A DNA stretch of 64,000 bases from a virus. The position numbers and the translations under genes were made by a program. The notes beneath the pieces are model-generated. The model was not told the origin of the DNA, did no database searches, and worked only from the letters and a program-made list of their open reading frames with translations. The stretch is taken from positions 1 to 64,000 of the IMG/VR virus record IMGVR_UViG_3300013772_000003. One strand, given 5' to 3'. Shown here piece after piece: positions 21,201 to 29,170 of the stretch (positions are counted from its first letter, which is position 1; each line of letters opens with the position of its first letter).

Positions 21201-23326
21201 TCAACAAAGGCTCCCGAAGCTGTCCCTACTAAATGCCCATACACCTTCAACTCCTTCATAGATAAATAAGGATTTCTGAATTGCGTGTCAGGAGAATGGA
21301 AAGTAAAAACATTATCCCTCACTGCGCTGTTGGGAGGGTACGTGACTGTGTTTACAACTCCTGTTCCAACCGACTCCGCTGTTTCTGTCAGAGAAGAAGT
21401 AATAAAATAATCAGCGCCTACATCATTGTATGGGTAGTTTGGATAAAGTCCGTTTCGTGTAGTAGAACCTCCCGGAATAACATACTCAAACATATTATTT
21501 ATGATCCCCTTCGCTACAATCGTTTTGTTTCCCTCGCGACTTCCCCTTAAAATACGGTATCCCACAATACCCGGAACCGGTGTTAACCCGTCATTTAAAA
21601 GTGGTTTTTTTATGTTCTCGTATTTTGTACCTAAAATTCTTATTGCAGGCTTACCCCCAAAATTAGGGCTGCTGTTGGTATAGTGCTGAACTGATGTATC
21701 TGACGGTGTTCCCCACAATCTCTGTTCAGGAAACTTGTGGTGTCTGATTGGTTTACCGCATAAATCATAATCTGTCGCGCTCGTTCCCGGGTACGGAGGA
21801 GTAAAGGCACCAAACGTACTTGCATTATATACTAATGGTTTGTCATCAGGATAAAACTCGGTGGATTCATGGTATCCCATCAAACCTTCTGATAATAAAA
21901 ACCCTTCTCCGTCAGGTGACGGTGTGTTTGGAGGATATGTAAAAGTCAACTGCGCCGTGTTATAAACCTCGAAAACTTTTTCAGAACTCAAAGGATCTAA
22001 CCAATCGGTAGTCCCACCAACTGCGTTTTCCACCAACCCAATTAATGTACCAGAAGTAATGGGTATAACAGGTCTACCGGGAATATGATAGGAAGAACTT
22101 AAGTCTCCGTCATCATATATCCACTGAATAAACTCGCAATAATTTTCATCACGCAAACGACTCGTAGCACTTCCTCCTTTACGATAGTAGTCCGCAGGAA
22201 ACTCTGTGCTTACCCACTTGGTCACAATTTGATTAGCAAGAGGTTGATAGTTGAAATCAAATTTGTTTGTTGGACTTGTACGTAATAAATAATTTCCTAC
22301 TTCATAGATTGCATCAGACTTATCTGCTATTGGGTTATGTAATGGTATCCAAGCTAACGGAACAGTTGTAAGTGTTGGGTCAATAATGTCAATTGAAATT
22401 CTTTTCTGACGCGTGCTGTATGTACCAAATGATTTAGCCTCTGTTTGCTGATTTACAACACTCACTACAACGAGTTCAAACTCATCGAAGCGGTCATCCA
22501 TACTGTCAATAATAACATCAATAGAGCCGGCTACATTCGAATGATCGAATAAAGGTTGTACGTTGGACGGAGCAAAATAATCAGTAACACGTTGTCCGTT
22601 TACTTTATAAGCCGCGATTACAAAATAAGAACCGTTAAAAAGACTTCCGCCTCCTGAACCTTTAACTACATGTAGACACGGGGCATTAACTAATTTTGCA
22701 AGGCGAATCGCATCAGTATCAACAACAAATCCTGTGTATTGTACTGGCGCAAGCGCAACGTAGTTTACACAAGTAATACAACCAACAGGGTAAAAAGGAG
22801 AGCTTGGAGGTTGTGTACCTAACTGAGTATTTCCTGAGGAATCAGTGCACAATTGTACGAACTGAGGTTTGTCCACATTCAGTGTACGATCCGGATTATT
22901 CCCATCCGCCCAATAGATATGCCAAGAGCAATCGAAGTTTTCTTTTGATACCCCTATAATTAAATTTGCACGATTAAAGTTTAAGAGAGGAAAGCCTGCG
23001 GGGTAATATGAATCATTCGCGATTGTTGTGTACGTCTCAGTACCTTCAACAAATCTTCCTATTTCTGAATTAACATCGTTAGTAGAAAATACTATCCAAT
23101 TATCTGCAAATAAATAAATGAATCCAACGATTGTGTATGGAGCTTTGATGCACTCTTTGTTGCTGGGTTCTGACGAAATATCAAATATGTCGCCGGTCGG
23201 AGACCAGTTGGTAGCATTGCGTGCAAAAGTCCATTGCGAAGACTTCGAGTGGAAGTCCTTTACGTCGGTATTGAGACCTCTGTCGAAGGAATCTGTCTTG
23301 TTATTATTTGGGTCTTGTTGTGCCAC
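18215..23326 (-). CDS. Tail muzzle / tail stabilization protein
   Basis: 1703 aa; FDRGLNTD N-terminus, IYWADGNNP, RDENY, FGGDTY and WISFHDW motifs characteristic of the crAss-like muzzle; follows ring proteins. Confidence 0.85.
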   Translation of the reverse strand: MAQQDPNNNKTDSFDRGLNTDVKDFHSKSSQWTFARNATNWSPTGDIFDISSEPSNKECIKAPYTIVGFIYLFADNWIVFSTNDVNSEIGRFVEGTETYTTIANDSYYPAGFPLLNFNRANLIIGVSKENFDCSWHIYWADGNNPDRTLNVDKPQFVQLCTDSSGNTQLGTQPPSSPFYPVGCITCVNYVALAPVQYTGFVVDTDAIRLAKLVNAPCLHVVKGSGGGSLFNGSYFVIAAYKVNGQRVTDYFAPSNVQPLFDHSNVAGSIDVIIDSMDDRFDEFELVVVSVVNQQTEAKSFGTYSTRQKRISIDIIDPTLTTVPLAWIPLHNPIADKSDAIYEVGNYLLRTSPTNKFDFNYQPLANQIVTKWVSTEFPADYYRKGGSATSRLRDENYCEFIQWIYDDGDLSSSYHIPGRPVIPITSGTLIGLVENAVGGTTDWLDPLSSEKVFEVYNTAQLTFTYPPNTPSPDGEGFLLSEGLMGYHESTEFYPDDKPLVYNASTFGAFTPPYPGTSATDYDLCGKPIRHHKFPEQRLWGTPSDTSVQHYTNSSPNFGGKPAIRILGTKYENIKKPLLNDGLTPVPGIVGYRILRGSREGNKTIVAKGIINNMFEYVIPGGSTTRNGLYPNYPYNDVGADYFITSSLTETAESVGTGVVNTVTYPPNSAVRDNVFTFHSPDTQFRNPYLSMKELKVYGHLVGTASGAFVEPHLHPRHKFVTDLAFVSAVIAGVGIAMISSLGQRTTTRIYPTRIGTVESGIFVGPAGAGAWGLDNLVPVPTTIAAIATGDAAVAAADLAEGGVDTGFTGGAQAGITALTGLGREAWNLALAGLANATNIVPSTTGYGKQTTEDDGDNVPTFLRMLNGIPAFVNYWSQGTDTTLDLIRAFLNWEQHALQYMSHCFYDGFANTSLGETRRTISDEIYLEDQLQDLGTGYRVNNLFRGKSVALQTAVGLSLLAGDNTKQTLHTATGLGPTHQDPLIPLNTFSICSYTALKNRLQNQYGQIGGVHQIPIGSCTISTAGKFPVVSPVLFGGDTYVSRYTEKNTMFFFYDWMYGQPNGYEFDYRLKEYVPRPMYWMDTHKWDIAEVISGLGTAFTTGSWTNLLPQSLHAFDRGGLSGFFGVKDAYMYLSNSGVRDFFVESDVNTELRDWGDNINQRYYDPYRYTDEKAMFDMNPDIIKAGNYFKYDYSLSISKLFPSFISWANIQPINYDPIIYESCFVHYKNRVLFSLPFAAINQQSSESIKDAWLIFLANNYHDFITPVTDIKAINKTGALFFFGNQSPLQMVSIENLQMGNTEITIGTGALFSRPLQSLVNAEKSFETASCQGRLSVINTPMGVYWISQSTGNIFQYQLGAGMSEISGTDLNWWFAQYLPCMLTQSFPDFELTDNPVIGVGTQSTFDQQNTLVYFMKKDYKLKDGFVVVTSASMVPNSIQYTGRNDFKVGGVLPIKLGDPTYFEDASFTASYDPKTKEWISFHDWKPELTMQGKNTFLTTQTDSLGAGGLYVHNILCDSYCNYFGVDYPFEVEFRVNTGQQVNVLRSIELQMENYLYDAGNCHDRYLMLEYFFDKAVIWNPEQCSGMLKFNPIIHNDPWKELSFPQYNAGSVDILYSKVENKYRFNQMVDLTSDRGEFSNARRMIWNTSPNGYVRALNNANLDYAKSPTEHKRFRNYQNSVWLRKDIVGKVKILLILADQKLQQSPR

Positions 23327-23331
23327 ACGAA

Positions 23332-24429
23332 TTATCTACTAAGTGATGCACCCGAAGCTGCGGAATAATCAAAACCGTTATAACTCGAAAACATGGAGTA
23401 ATATTTGTTCCATTGTGCCTTCCTGTTTACAACGTACATCTCATTCATCTCCGTCCAGTTAGGTGTGCGCACAATTGCTTTTGCAGCCCCCTGAGCAATC
23501 TTTCTCTTCTCAGTGAAGTAATGCAACTTCTGTACCATATCCTCCCCCTGCATCATTAGATTTTCACAAATTCTTTCCTTAAGGGCATATTGGTGAAATT
23601 CCGAAATAACTTCGTGATCAGGAACCAATAAATTTCCCTCTTCGTCCTCAAGCATTCCTTCGTATGAGAGATAGACTTGTCCGCAACCATTGTTATGATG
23701 CCAGTTGGTGTACAACCACCCATCTTTAATCCACGCTTCATCTGCGGATCGCATATACAAACCCGGACAGCCGCACTCTATGCCTTGAGCATTGTTTATA
23801 AAACGTAATGGGTGCAGGTGGTTATAAGTCCTTGTGCCGGTACTTACCTTTTGTATTACTTCTACACAATCCCCTTTACAGTTCAGGAAGACTCTTGGTT
23901 TTTTCCACCAGTCCCCACCCGGTTCTTTTGGATTGAAAACAGCTTCCTCACAAACATTTGTTGGAGCACATGAACACGGAGTTGCTCCGCATCCACAAGA
24001 AGGAGTTGCTGTCTGCAACACGGCTGTACCACATCCACAGGGAACCAAATGACAGTTAGAACACACTACCGGAGCAGCACAAAGATTAACAGAAGCAGGT
24101 ACAGACCGCACTTTAGGAATCAATTTCTCTTCAAGATGGGTTCCCTGCGGCACTACAAAAGTTTCTGTATGACTTCCGCACATCATTGCAAAATTCACAG
24201 TATAAAAGTCTTCTGGAAGTCTAACTCTCCCCTTCTCCAAATCAAGTAGAGTTTCTTTAGTTTTATAGATACGCAGTCCTAATATATAATTACACCTGCG
24301 AGCAACACGTATCAAAGACGCAGGATCAATAAGGTTCTCCAAGGCATACGCAGAAAAGTCAATACGTACGTCACTTAGAAGTTGGTCAAACGTCTGGTAC
24401 TTTAAAGTATAGTTAGAAATTCCTGACAT
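23332..24429 (-). CDS. Tail ring / tubular protein with Cys-rich insertion
   Basis: 365 aa; RVRLPEDFY and DEEGNLLVPD motifs; immediately upstream of muzzle. Confidence 0.75.
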   Translation of the reverse strand: MSGISNYTLKYQTFDQLLSDVRIDFSAYALENLIDPASLIRVARRCNYILGLRIYKTKETLLDLEKGRVRLPEDFYTVNFAMMCGSHTETFVVPQGTHLEEKLIPKVRSVPASVNLCAAPVVCSNCHLVPCGCGTAVLQTATPSCGCGATPCSCAPTNVCEEAVFNPKEPGGDWWKKPRVFLNCKGDCVEVIQKVSTGTRTYNHLHPLRFINNAQGIECGCPGLYMRSADEAWIKDGWLYTNWHHNNGCGQVYLSYEGMLEDEEGNLLVPDHEVISEFHQYALKERICENLMMQGEDMVQKLHYFTEKRKIAQGAAKAIVRTPNWTEMNEMYVVNRKAQWNKYYSMFSSYNGFDYSAASGASLSR

Positions 24430-24433
24430 CTGA

Positions 24434-25105
24434 TTACTGTTTAAGTGCAGAAATATTATCTGCTGCTGGTTCTTTCGGTATCTGAATTGTTCCTAATAAA
24501 TCATTCTTCACATTCTGCTCAATCTCTGCAAATAAATATTCCGGTATATGCGTCTCCTCATCCTGTGCTAACTTGCAAGGATCGCCACAACACAGATATT
24601 GTTCTACGCTGTTTTCAGGAAGTACTTCCATCTTCGCCGCGTCCCACTCAATATCCGGAAAATAAACCTTCTTATCTATAAACCAGTAGTAATGATTTTG
24701 GTTGTATTTGTAAGTAGAGGAGTTAGCAATGTCCACAAACGTTGCAGGATTTGTTTTAATGCAAATAATGGAGCCATCAATTGAAGTAATAGAACGAAAC
24801 AGCGGACCATACGTTCCTTCAAAAATATCAGGCAAGTCCTCCTTAGTTCTTTTGATAGTACATCCTGATTTGATTCCACCGCAACACGCAGCTACTTTGT
24901 CGACCTCTTCAAGCTCTACACAAGGAAGTGTTACAAACAGACTCTGAAATTTCATTATCTTGTTCTGATCATCAAGTCGCTTCAAATATAGTTTAGCATA
25001 CTTTATAGCAAGAGAATATAAGAAACGGTCTGTCAGGAAAGCATCTTGTTTCGCCGCCTTCACGATGTTTCTCATTCTTGATATGGTATCTCTTCTTCGC
25101 TGCAT
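24434..25105 (-). CDS. Tail ring protein
   Basis: 223 aa; TLPCVELEEVD...C...KRT..DLP, YYW..D..VYFP; crAss-like synteny. Confidence 0.75.
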   Translation of the reverse strand: MQRRRDTISRMRNIVKAAKQDAFLTDRFLYSLAIKYAKLYLKRLDDQNKIMKFQSLFVTLPCVELEEVDKVAACCGGIKSGCTIKRTKEDLPDIFEGTYGPLFRSITSIDGSIICIKTNPATFVDIANSSTYKYNQNHYYWFIDKKVYFPDIEWDAAKMEVLPENSVEQYLCCGDPCKLAQDEETHIPEYLFAEIEQNVKNDLLGTIQIPKEPAADNISALKQ

Positions 25106-25743
25106 TAAATTATACCGTCAAATTCATTGTAAGTTAATAACAATTCCGCAGCCTGCTTCATTGCAAATTCTTTTTTATAAAACTTATCTTTACGCCAACG
25201 CATAGCTAAATCTTTTTTAGCAGGGGAGAAGTAGGTACGGTTTGCATCAAACATTTTTCCTATTATTCGCAGGTGCTTTTTGAATACTTTGAACTCCCAC
25301 AAATACTTATTAGGCATGTCATAACTATCAGAACTAATGTCCAAAGATACCAAAGGAAAAATTCCCCCTCCTGTGTTCACTCTATTATGAACAACAACTC
25401 CTAACCTCGCAGAAGCAACATCAGCTATCCGTTTTCTTTTACCTTTTTTTACAGTCACAACCTGCAATTTACCCATACGATTGGGTAATGTTACTCCTGC
25501 ACGACTATCAATAGCTGCTTGCATCATGTTTTCATTAAATGCTTGCAAAATGGAAGTAAGCTCTGCGTCTTTTAATTTACATTCTTTGTGTTCAGCGCGA
25601 AATTGTTTATGTGCAAACGTAGGCGCCTTCCAGTTATTCCTATCATCCAATACTCCAATCTTGTTCTTCCTGACTCCTTTCACAGAGTCCGTAAATTTAG
25701 GCGCTTTCGGATGTGCGGGCGTATATGGAGTAAACTCATTCAT
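25105..25743 (-). CDS. IHF/HU-like DNA-binding protein
   Basis: 212 aa, basic; helix + GVTLPNRMGKLQVV arm; conserved position upstream of ring proteins in crAss-like phages. Confidence 0.65.
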   Translation of the reverse strand: MNEFTPYTPAHPKAPKFTDSVKGVRKNKIGVLDDRNNWKAPTFAHKQFRAEHKECKLKDAELTSILQAFNENMMQAAIDSRAGVTLPNRMGKLQVVTVKKGKRKRIADVASARLGVVVHNRVNTGGGIFPLVSLDISSDSYDMPNKYLWEFKVFKKHLRIIGKMFDANRTYFSPAKKDLAMRWRKDKFYKKEFAMKQAAELLLTYNEFDGII

Positions 25744-25755
25744 ATTTTTCTCTTC

Positions 25756-25835
25756 TTAAACAAAACCCCCGAGCAAAACGCTCAGGGCTCTGCTATTAAC
25801 TCAAAAGCAAAACCAACAGATGCTCGAGCAATATT
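25756..25835 (-). ncRNA. Candidate antisense sRNA 'B': hairpin with CUGUUGGUUU loop followed by intrinsic terminator
   Basis: UAUUG-CUC-GAGCA[UCUGUUGGUUU]UGCUU-UU-GAG-U-UAAUA, then CCCUGAGC[GUUUU]GCUCGGGG-GUUUUGUUU; loop complementary to AAACCAACA upstream of many genes. Confidence 0.65.
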
Positions 25836-27059
25836 TTAATAACAAGCACCATTAAAAGTCACTGTTCCGGTTGCTCCTTCTGACTCAGCCCTCACCACCG
25901 ACCCCGTAACAGCACAAACTGTTGTACTTGACGGCGATCCGTAGGAAAACAACTGTACCGTAGTCACAGCTCCGTTACAAGCAGTGTACCTAAAGGTCAC
26001 CTTTCCTTCAACATCCCCTTCTGTAGAGGTCAAAGTAGTGCTCTGACAATTGCATAAACAATTTCCTGTGTCTTGAGCTATTGTATAATCTGAGGGTGCC
26101 GGGGGAACACCTGCTGTACAAAAATCAACAGTTTTTCCCGGTTGTAACAAACTTACGGGATTCCCCACACTTCCTCCTGCGGGATACCCTTGCCCTGTAC
26201 AACTGGTAACTACGAAGGCAGAACAAGTCCCCAAAACAGCAGTTGCTGTCGCAGTAGTTCCTGACGCTGGAGGAACAACTGTTACTAAAGGGGCTGTGGT
26301 ATATCCTGTACCCGCATTATCAAGTATAATTTCAATCACGGTTCCATAGTCAGCTACAACATTAAAGGTAGCATCCGTAGTGTTTCCCCCCATAAAAGCG
26401 GGATCAGGTTTTAGAGTGTCTCCCGTATTATATCCAACACCCTGAGCAGTTATAGTCCCCAAAACCACGGCACCTGTATTATCAACAGTAAACGTACCTT
26501 GACCTCCGGAACCTGAACCAGAAATAACTAAAAGAGGCACCTCCGTGAATGTTTGCGATACGTTCCCATTATAGCCGGAACCATTGCTTGTAAAGGTAAT
26601 GCCTGTTGTTAAAATAAATCCTGTACCTACCACGCCATGCGCAAGCGCTGTTACCCCCGAAGGAGGTGCTGCTACCATTACGGTGGGATTTGTTCCTACT
26701 GTATACCCACTACCTTCGTTGTCAACTGTAATAGAAGCTAACGCAACACTGTTACAAGTAGCTAAATACCTTTTGCAGGAAGGAGATGGTACAAACGGTG
26801 TGCTAAAATAAACACGCCCGTCAGTAGAACTTACGTCTTCACAACAAGCTTGAGCATACCCGTCAAATTCAACTGTAGGGCAGCTTTCGTTGTCTAAACA
26901 AGGAATGGCTATAGGCACAGAACAAAGTGTGCCGCCGCCGAGACAAGTTGTGTCAACACAGGTATATCCCCCTGAATTATTCAGTCGATAGCAAACTCTG
27001 TGGCAGCCTGTATAGTCTGTCTTAAAAGTTACGGTTATTGTTGCTGGTACACACGCCAT
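25836..27059 (-). CDS. Cys/Gly/Thr-rich structural protein with repeated G(S/T/V)GY beta-modules
   Basis: Likely start ATG 27059 (MACVPAT), not 27134; EGSGYT, NGSGYN, QGVGYN, AGTGYT repeats. Confidence 0.65.
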   Translation of the reverse strand: MACVPATITVTFKTDYTGCHRVCYRLNNSGGYTCVDTTCLGGGTLCSVPIAIPCLDNESCPTVEFDGYAQACCEDVSSTDGRVYFSTPFVPSPSCKRYLATCNSVALASITVDNEGSGYTVGTNPTVMVAAPPSGVTALAHGVVGTGFILTTGITFTSNGSGYNGNVSQTFTEVPLLVISGSGSGGQGTFTVDNTGAVVLGTITAQGVGYNTGDTLKPDPAFMGGNTTDATFNVVADYGTVIEIILDNAGTGYTTAPLVTVVPPASGTTATATAVLGTCSAFVVTSCTGQGYPAGGSVGNPVSLLQPGKTVDFCTAGVPPAPSDYTIAQDTGNCLCNCQSTTLTSTEGDVEGKVTFRYTACNGAVTTVQLFSYGSPSSTTVCAVTGSVVRAESEGATGTVTFNGACY

Positions 27060-27079
27060 TGGTTGTTGTTTTAAATAAT

Positions 27080-27634
27080 TTATACTGCTAAAGTTGTTAC
27101 TAAAATTGTTAATGATGTACAGGAGGTTCCACAAATAGACTTTACCTGAATGTAGTAAGAAGTGCTTGGAAGCAATCCGCCAATTAAATCAGAAGGATTT
27201 GCTGTCTGCGCTATTACTGGATTAAGAAGCCATGTACTTGATGTAGTTGCTCTGTACTCTACTTGGTATCCACCGGTCGCCACAAGAACAGGAAGCCATT
27301 TCAAAGCAACGGTTGTTGAAGTAATGTTTGTACTCTGTACTCCCAGTACACTTTGACAAGGTGATGTTGGATAAGCACATCCCGGGTTTGTAGCAAGAAG
27401 AGCGAACAACTGAATAATACTATCCAAACGTTGTCCTTTCATTATACCTAAATCCGCAATAGTATCTCCGGTATAAACAACACAGCCTGCACTGAATGTT
27501 TCAGGACAAGGGTCCCCGTTTGGACACAAAGGCGCTGTACAAGGCATACAAGTAAGCAGGGGCAAATCTTTGCATCCGCAGTCCACTGCACAACCGCACT
27601 TCTTCTTATTTATTGGCGAACACCCACATCCCAT
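27080..27634 (-). CDS. Cys-rich structural protein with C-terminal FN3 domain
   Basis: 184 aa; TNITSTTVALKW...YQVEYR...GLLPSTSYYIQVKSIC. Confidence 0.7.
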   Translation of the reverse strand: MGCGCSPINKKKCGCAVDCGCKDLPLLTCMPCTAPLCPNGDPCPETFSAGCVVYTGDTIADLGIMKGQRLDSIIQLFALLATNPGCAYPTSPCQSVLGVQSTNITSTTVALKWLPVLVATGGYQVEYRATTSSTWLLNPVIAQTANPSDLIGGLLPSTSYYIQVKSICGTSCTSLTILVTTLAV

Positions 27635-27646
27635 AATTTCTATTAT

Positions 27647-29149
27647 TTAAGGTATACTGATTAATGCTGTTATTGCACTCGGAGGAGGACATGGATTAGG
27701 CAACGTTGTTACCACCGTAAGCGGACACGTTTGTACTCCATTATTTCCTACAACAAAAATTCTTATCTTATATGTAGTTCCTTTTGTTAAGCCACTGAAT
27801 GTACCCGATACCGTGGTTGGATTTAATTCAGGGAAAGTTTGACTTTGTAATAAAGTATTTCCTGTACTATCGTAAAGAGCTACCGTATATGTTTTAGTTC
27901 CCGAAATGTGTGGGAAAGAGAAGAACATTGAGGTTAAGCCTGCTATGAACGTTGTTGCAGGGCAATTCAAAGTACAAACAAAGATGTATTCCAAGCAAGA
28001 CTCACAAACTGTACCCAAAGTATTATCCTTAAGACATATATCTGAGGTAATGGTGAGATTATCCCCTACGTTCAACGGAGTTCCTCCTATACTAACTGTA
28101 AACCCTCCCGGATTATTCATGGTTGCCACAAGAGGAATTGTCACATTTATGTTATGTCCGGACTGATCCGCAATATTAAACACAGTTCCTGCAATACTAC
28201 ACTCCACTAAACCTTGGGGAATGGAACCGGTAAAGAACAAAATAAGATTATTAACCGTAGGCATTGTCGCCTGCACTTGAATAGATACCCCTTGACAAGG
28301 AGTAGCACAACAATTCAATTGAATGTTTGTAACAGCGCTGCGTAAATCAGAAACAGTCAACCAAAGGTTTGTAATAGCATCTCCCACATTATTAACAACT
28401 GTCCTCCATCCCGGAATAGAACCCATTGTTCCTCCTTGTGTCCCTAATGCAGGAAGCGTATTGAGTCCTGTAGGCTGTGTTGCAATTCCGTTAAATAAAT
28501 CAGAAGGTTGTCCCGTAGCGGCGCGTAGTTCACAGAACTGTTTTTCCAATGCCTGTAAAACAATATCAATGGTTGTTGGAGCTGCTCCTAAAACACAAAC
28601 AGGGGTAATGCTTGGAAGTGCGGGAGGAGTAGTTAAAATAGTAGCAACCGTCTTCTCAACAACACCTAAGCGTGCTCCTTGATTTTGCAAACTCTGTACA
28701 GTAAATCCTTGTTGGGATAAAAGCTCACAAAAAGTATTTCCAATAAGCGTTACATAGTCTGTAAGTTGGGAGGTAATAACCATATCCAACGTCTTGGGAT
28801 CTTGGTACTGAAAACAGGACGCTAAATTTACAACACAATCAGGACACCCTTTAGTTCCTCCTGTTGGACTTTCAATTCCTTCTAACGCACAAATCCTATC
28901 AATAAGTAATTGTAATAATTGTGTAAAATCTTCGGGAGCACAACGAGTAAGGTCAAAACACGATAAATCATACGAAGTTACGTCGAGCTCAGAAATTACG
29001 ATACAAAGTTTGCAAGCCAAATCATGCACATTCTTTGTAAGACAATCCCCTTTTTTGATTCCTACACAAGGAATAGACTCTCCCTCATAAATTACGCATT
29101 GCGAACTTTGGGATATGCAATTACTATCGTTGTAATTTGTAGGCTTCAT
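27647..29149 (-). CDS. Cys-rich structural protein with FN3-like C-terminus
   Basis: 500 aa; shares CV(I/V)YxG..I...GI..G..L motif with neighbour; FSGLTKGTTYKIRI. Confidence 0.7.
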   Translation of the reverse strand: MKPTNYNDSNCISQSSQCVIYEGESIPCVGIKKGDCLTKNVHDLACKLCIVISELDVTSYDLSCFDLTRCAPEDFTQLLQLLIDRICALEGIESPTGGTKGCPDCVVNLASCFQYQDPKTLDMVITSQLTDYVTLIGNTFCELLSQQGFTVQSLQNQGARLGVVEKTVATILTTPPALPSITPVCVLGAAPTTIDIVLQALEKQFCELRAATGQPSDLFNGIATQPTGLNTLPALGTQGGTMGSIPGWRTVVNNVGDAITNLWLTVSDLRSAVTNIQLNCCATPCQGVSIQVQATMPTVNNLILFFTGSIPQGLVECSIAGTVFNIADQSGHNINVTIPLVATMNNPGGFTVSIGGTPLNVGDNLTITSDICLKDNTLGTVCESCLEYIFVCTLNCPATTFIAGLTSMFFSFPHISGTKTYTVALYDSTGNTLLQSQTFPELNPTTVSGTFSGLTKGTTYKIRIFVVGNNGVQTCPLTVVTTLPNPCPPPSAITALISIP

Positions 29150-29170
29150 TTGTGGAGTATTGTTGCAAAG

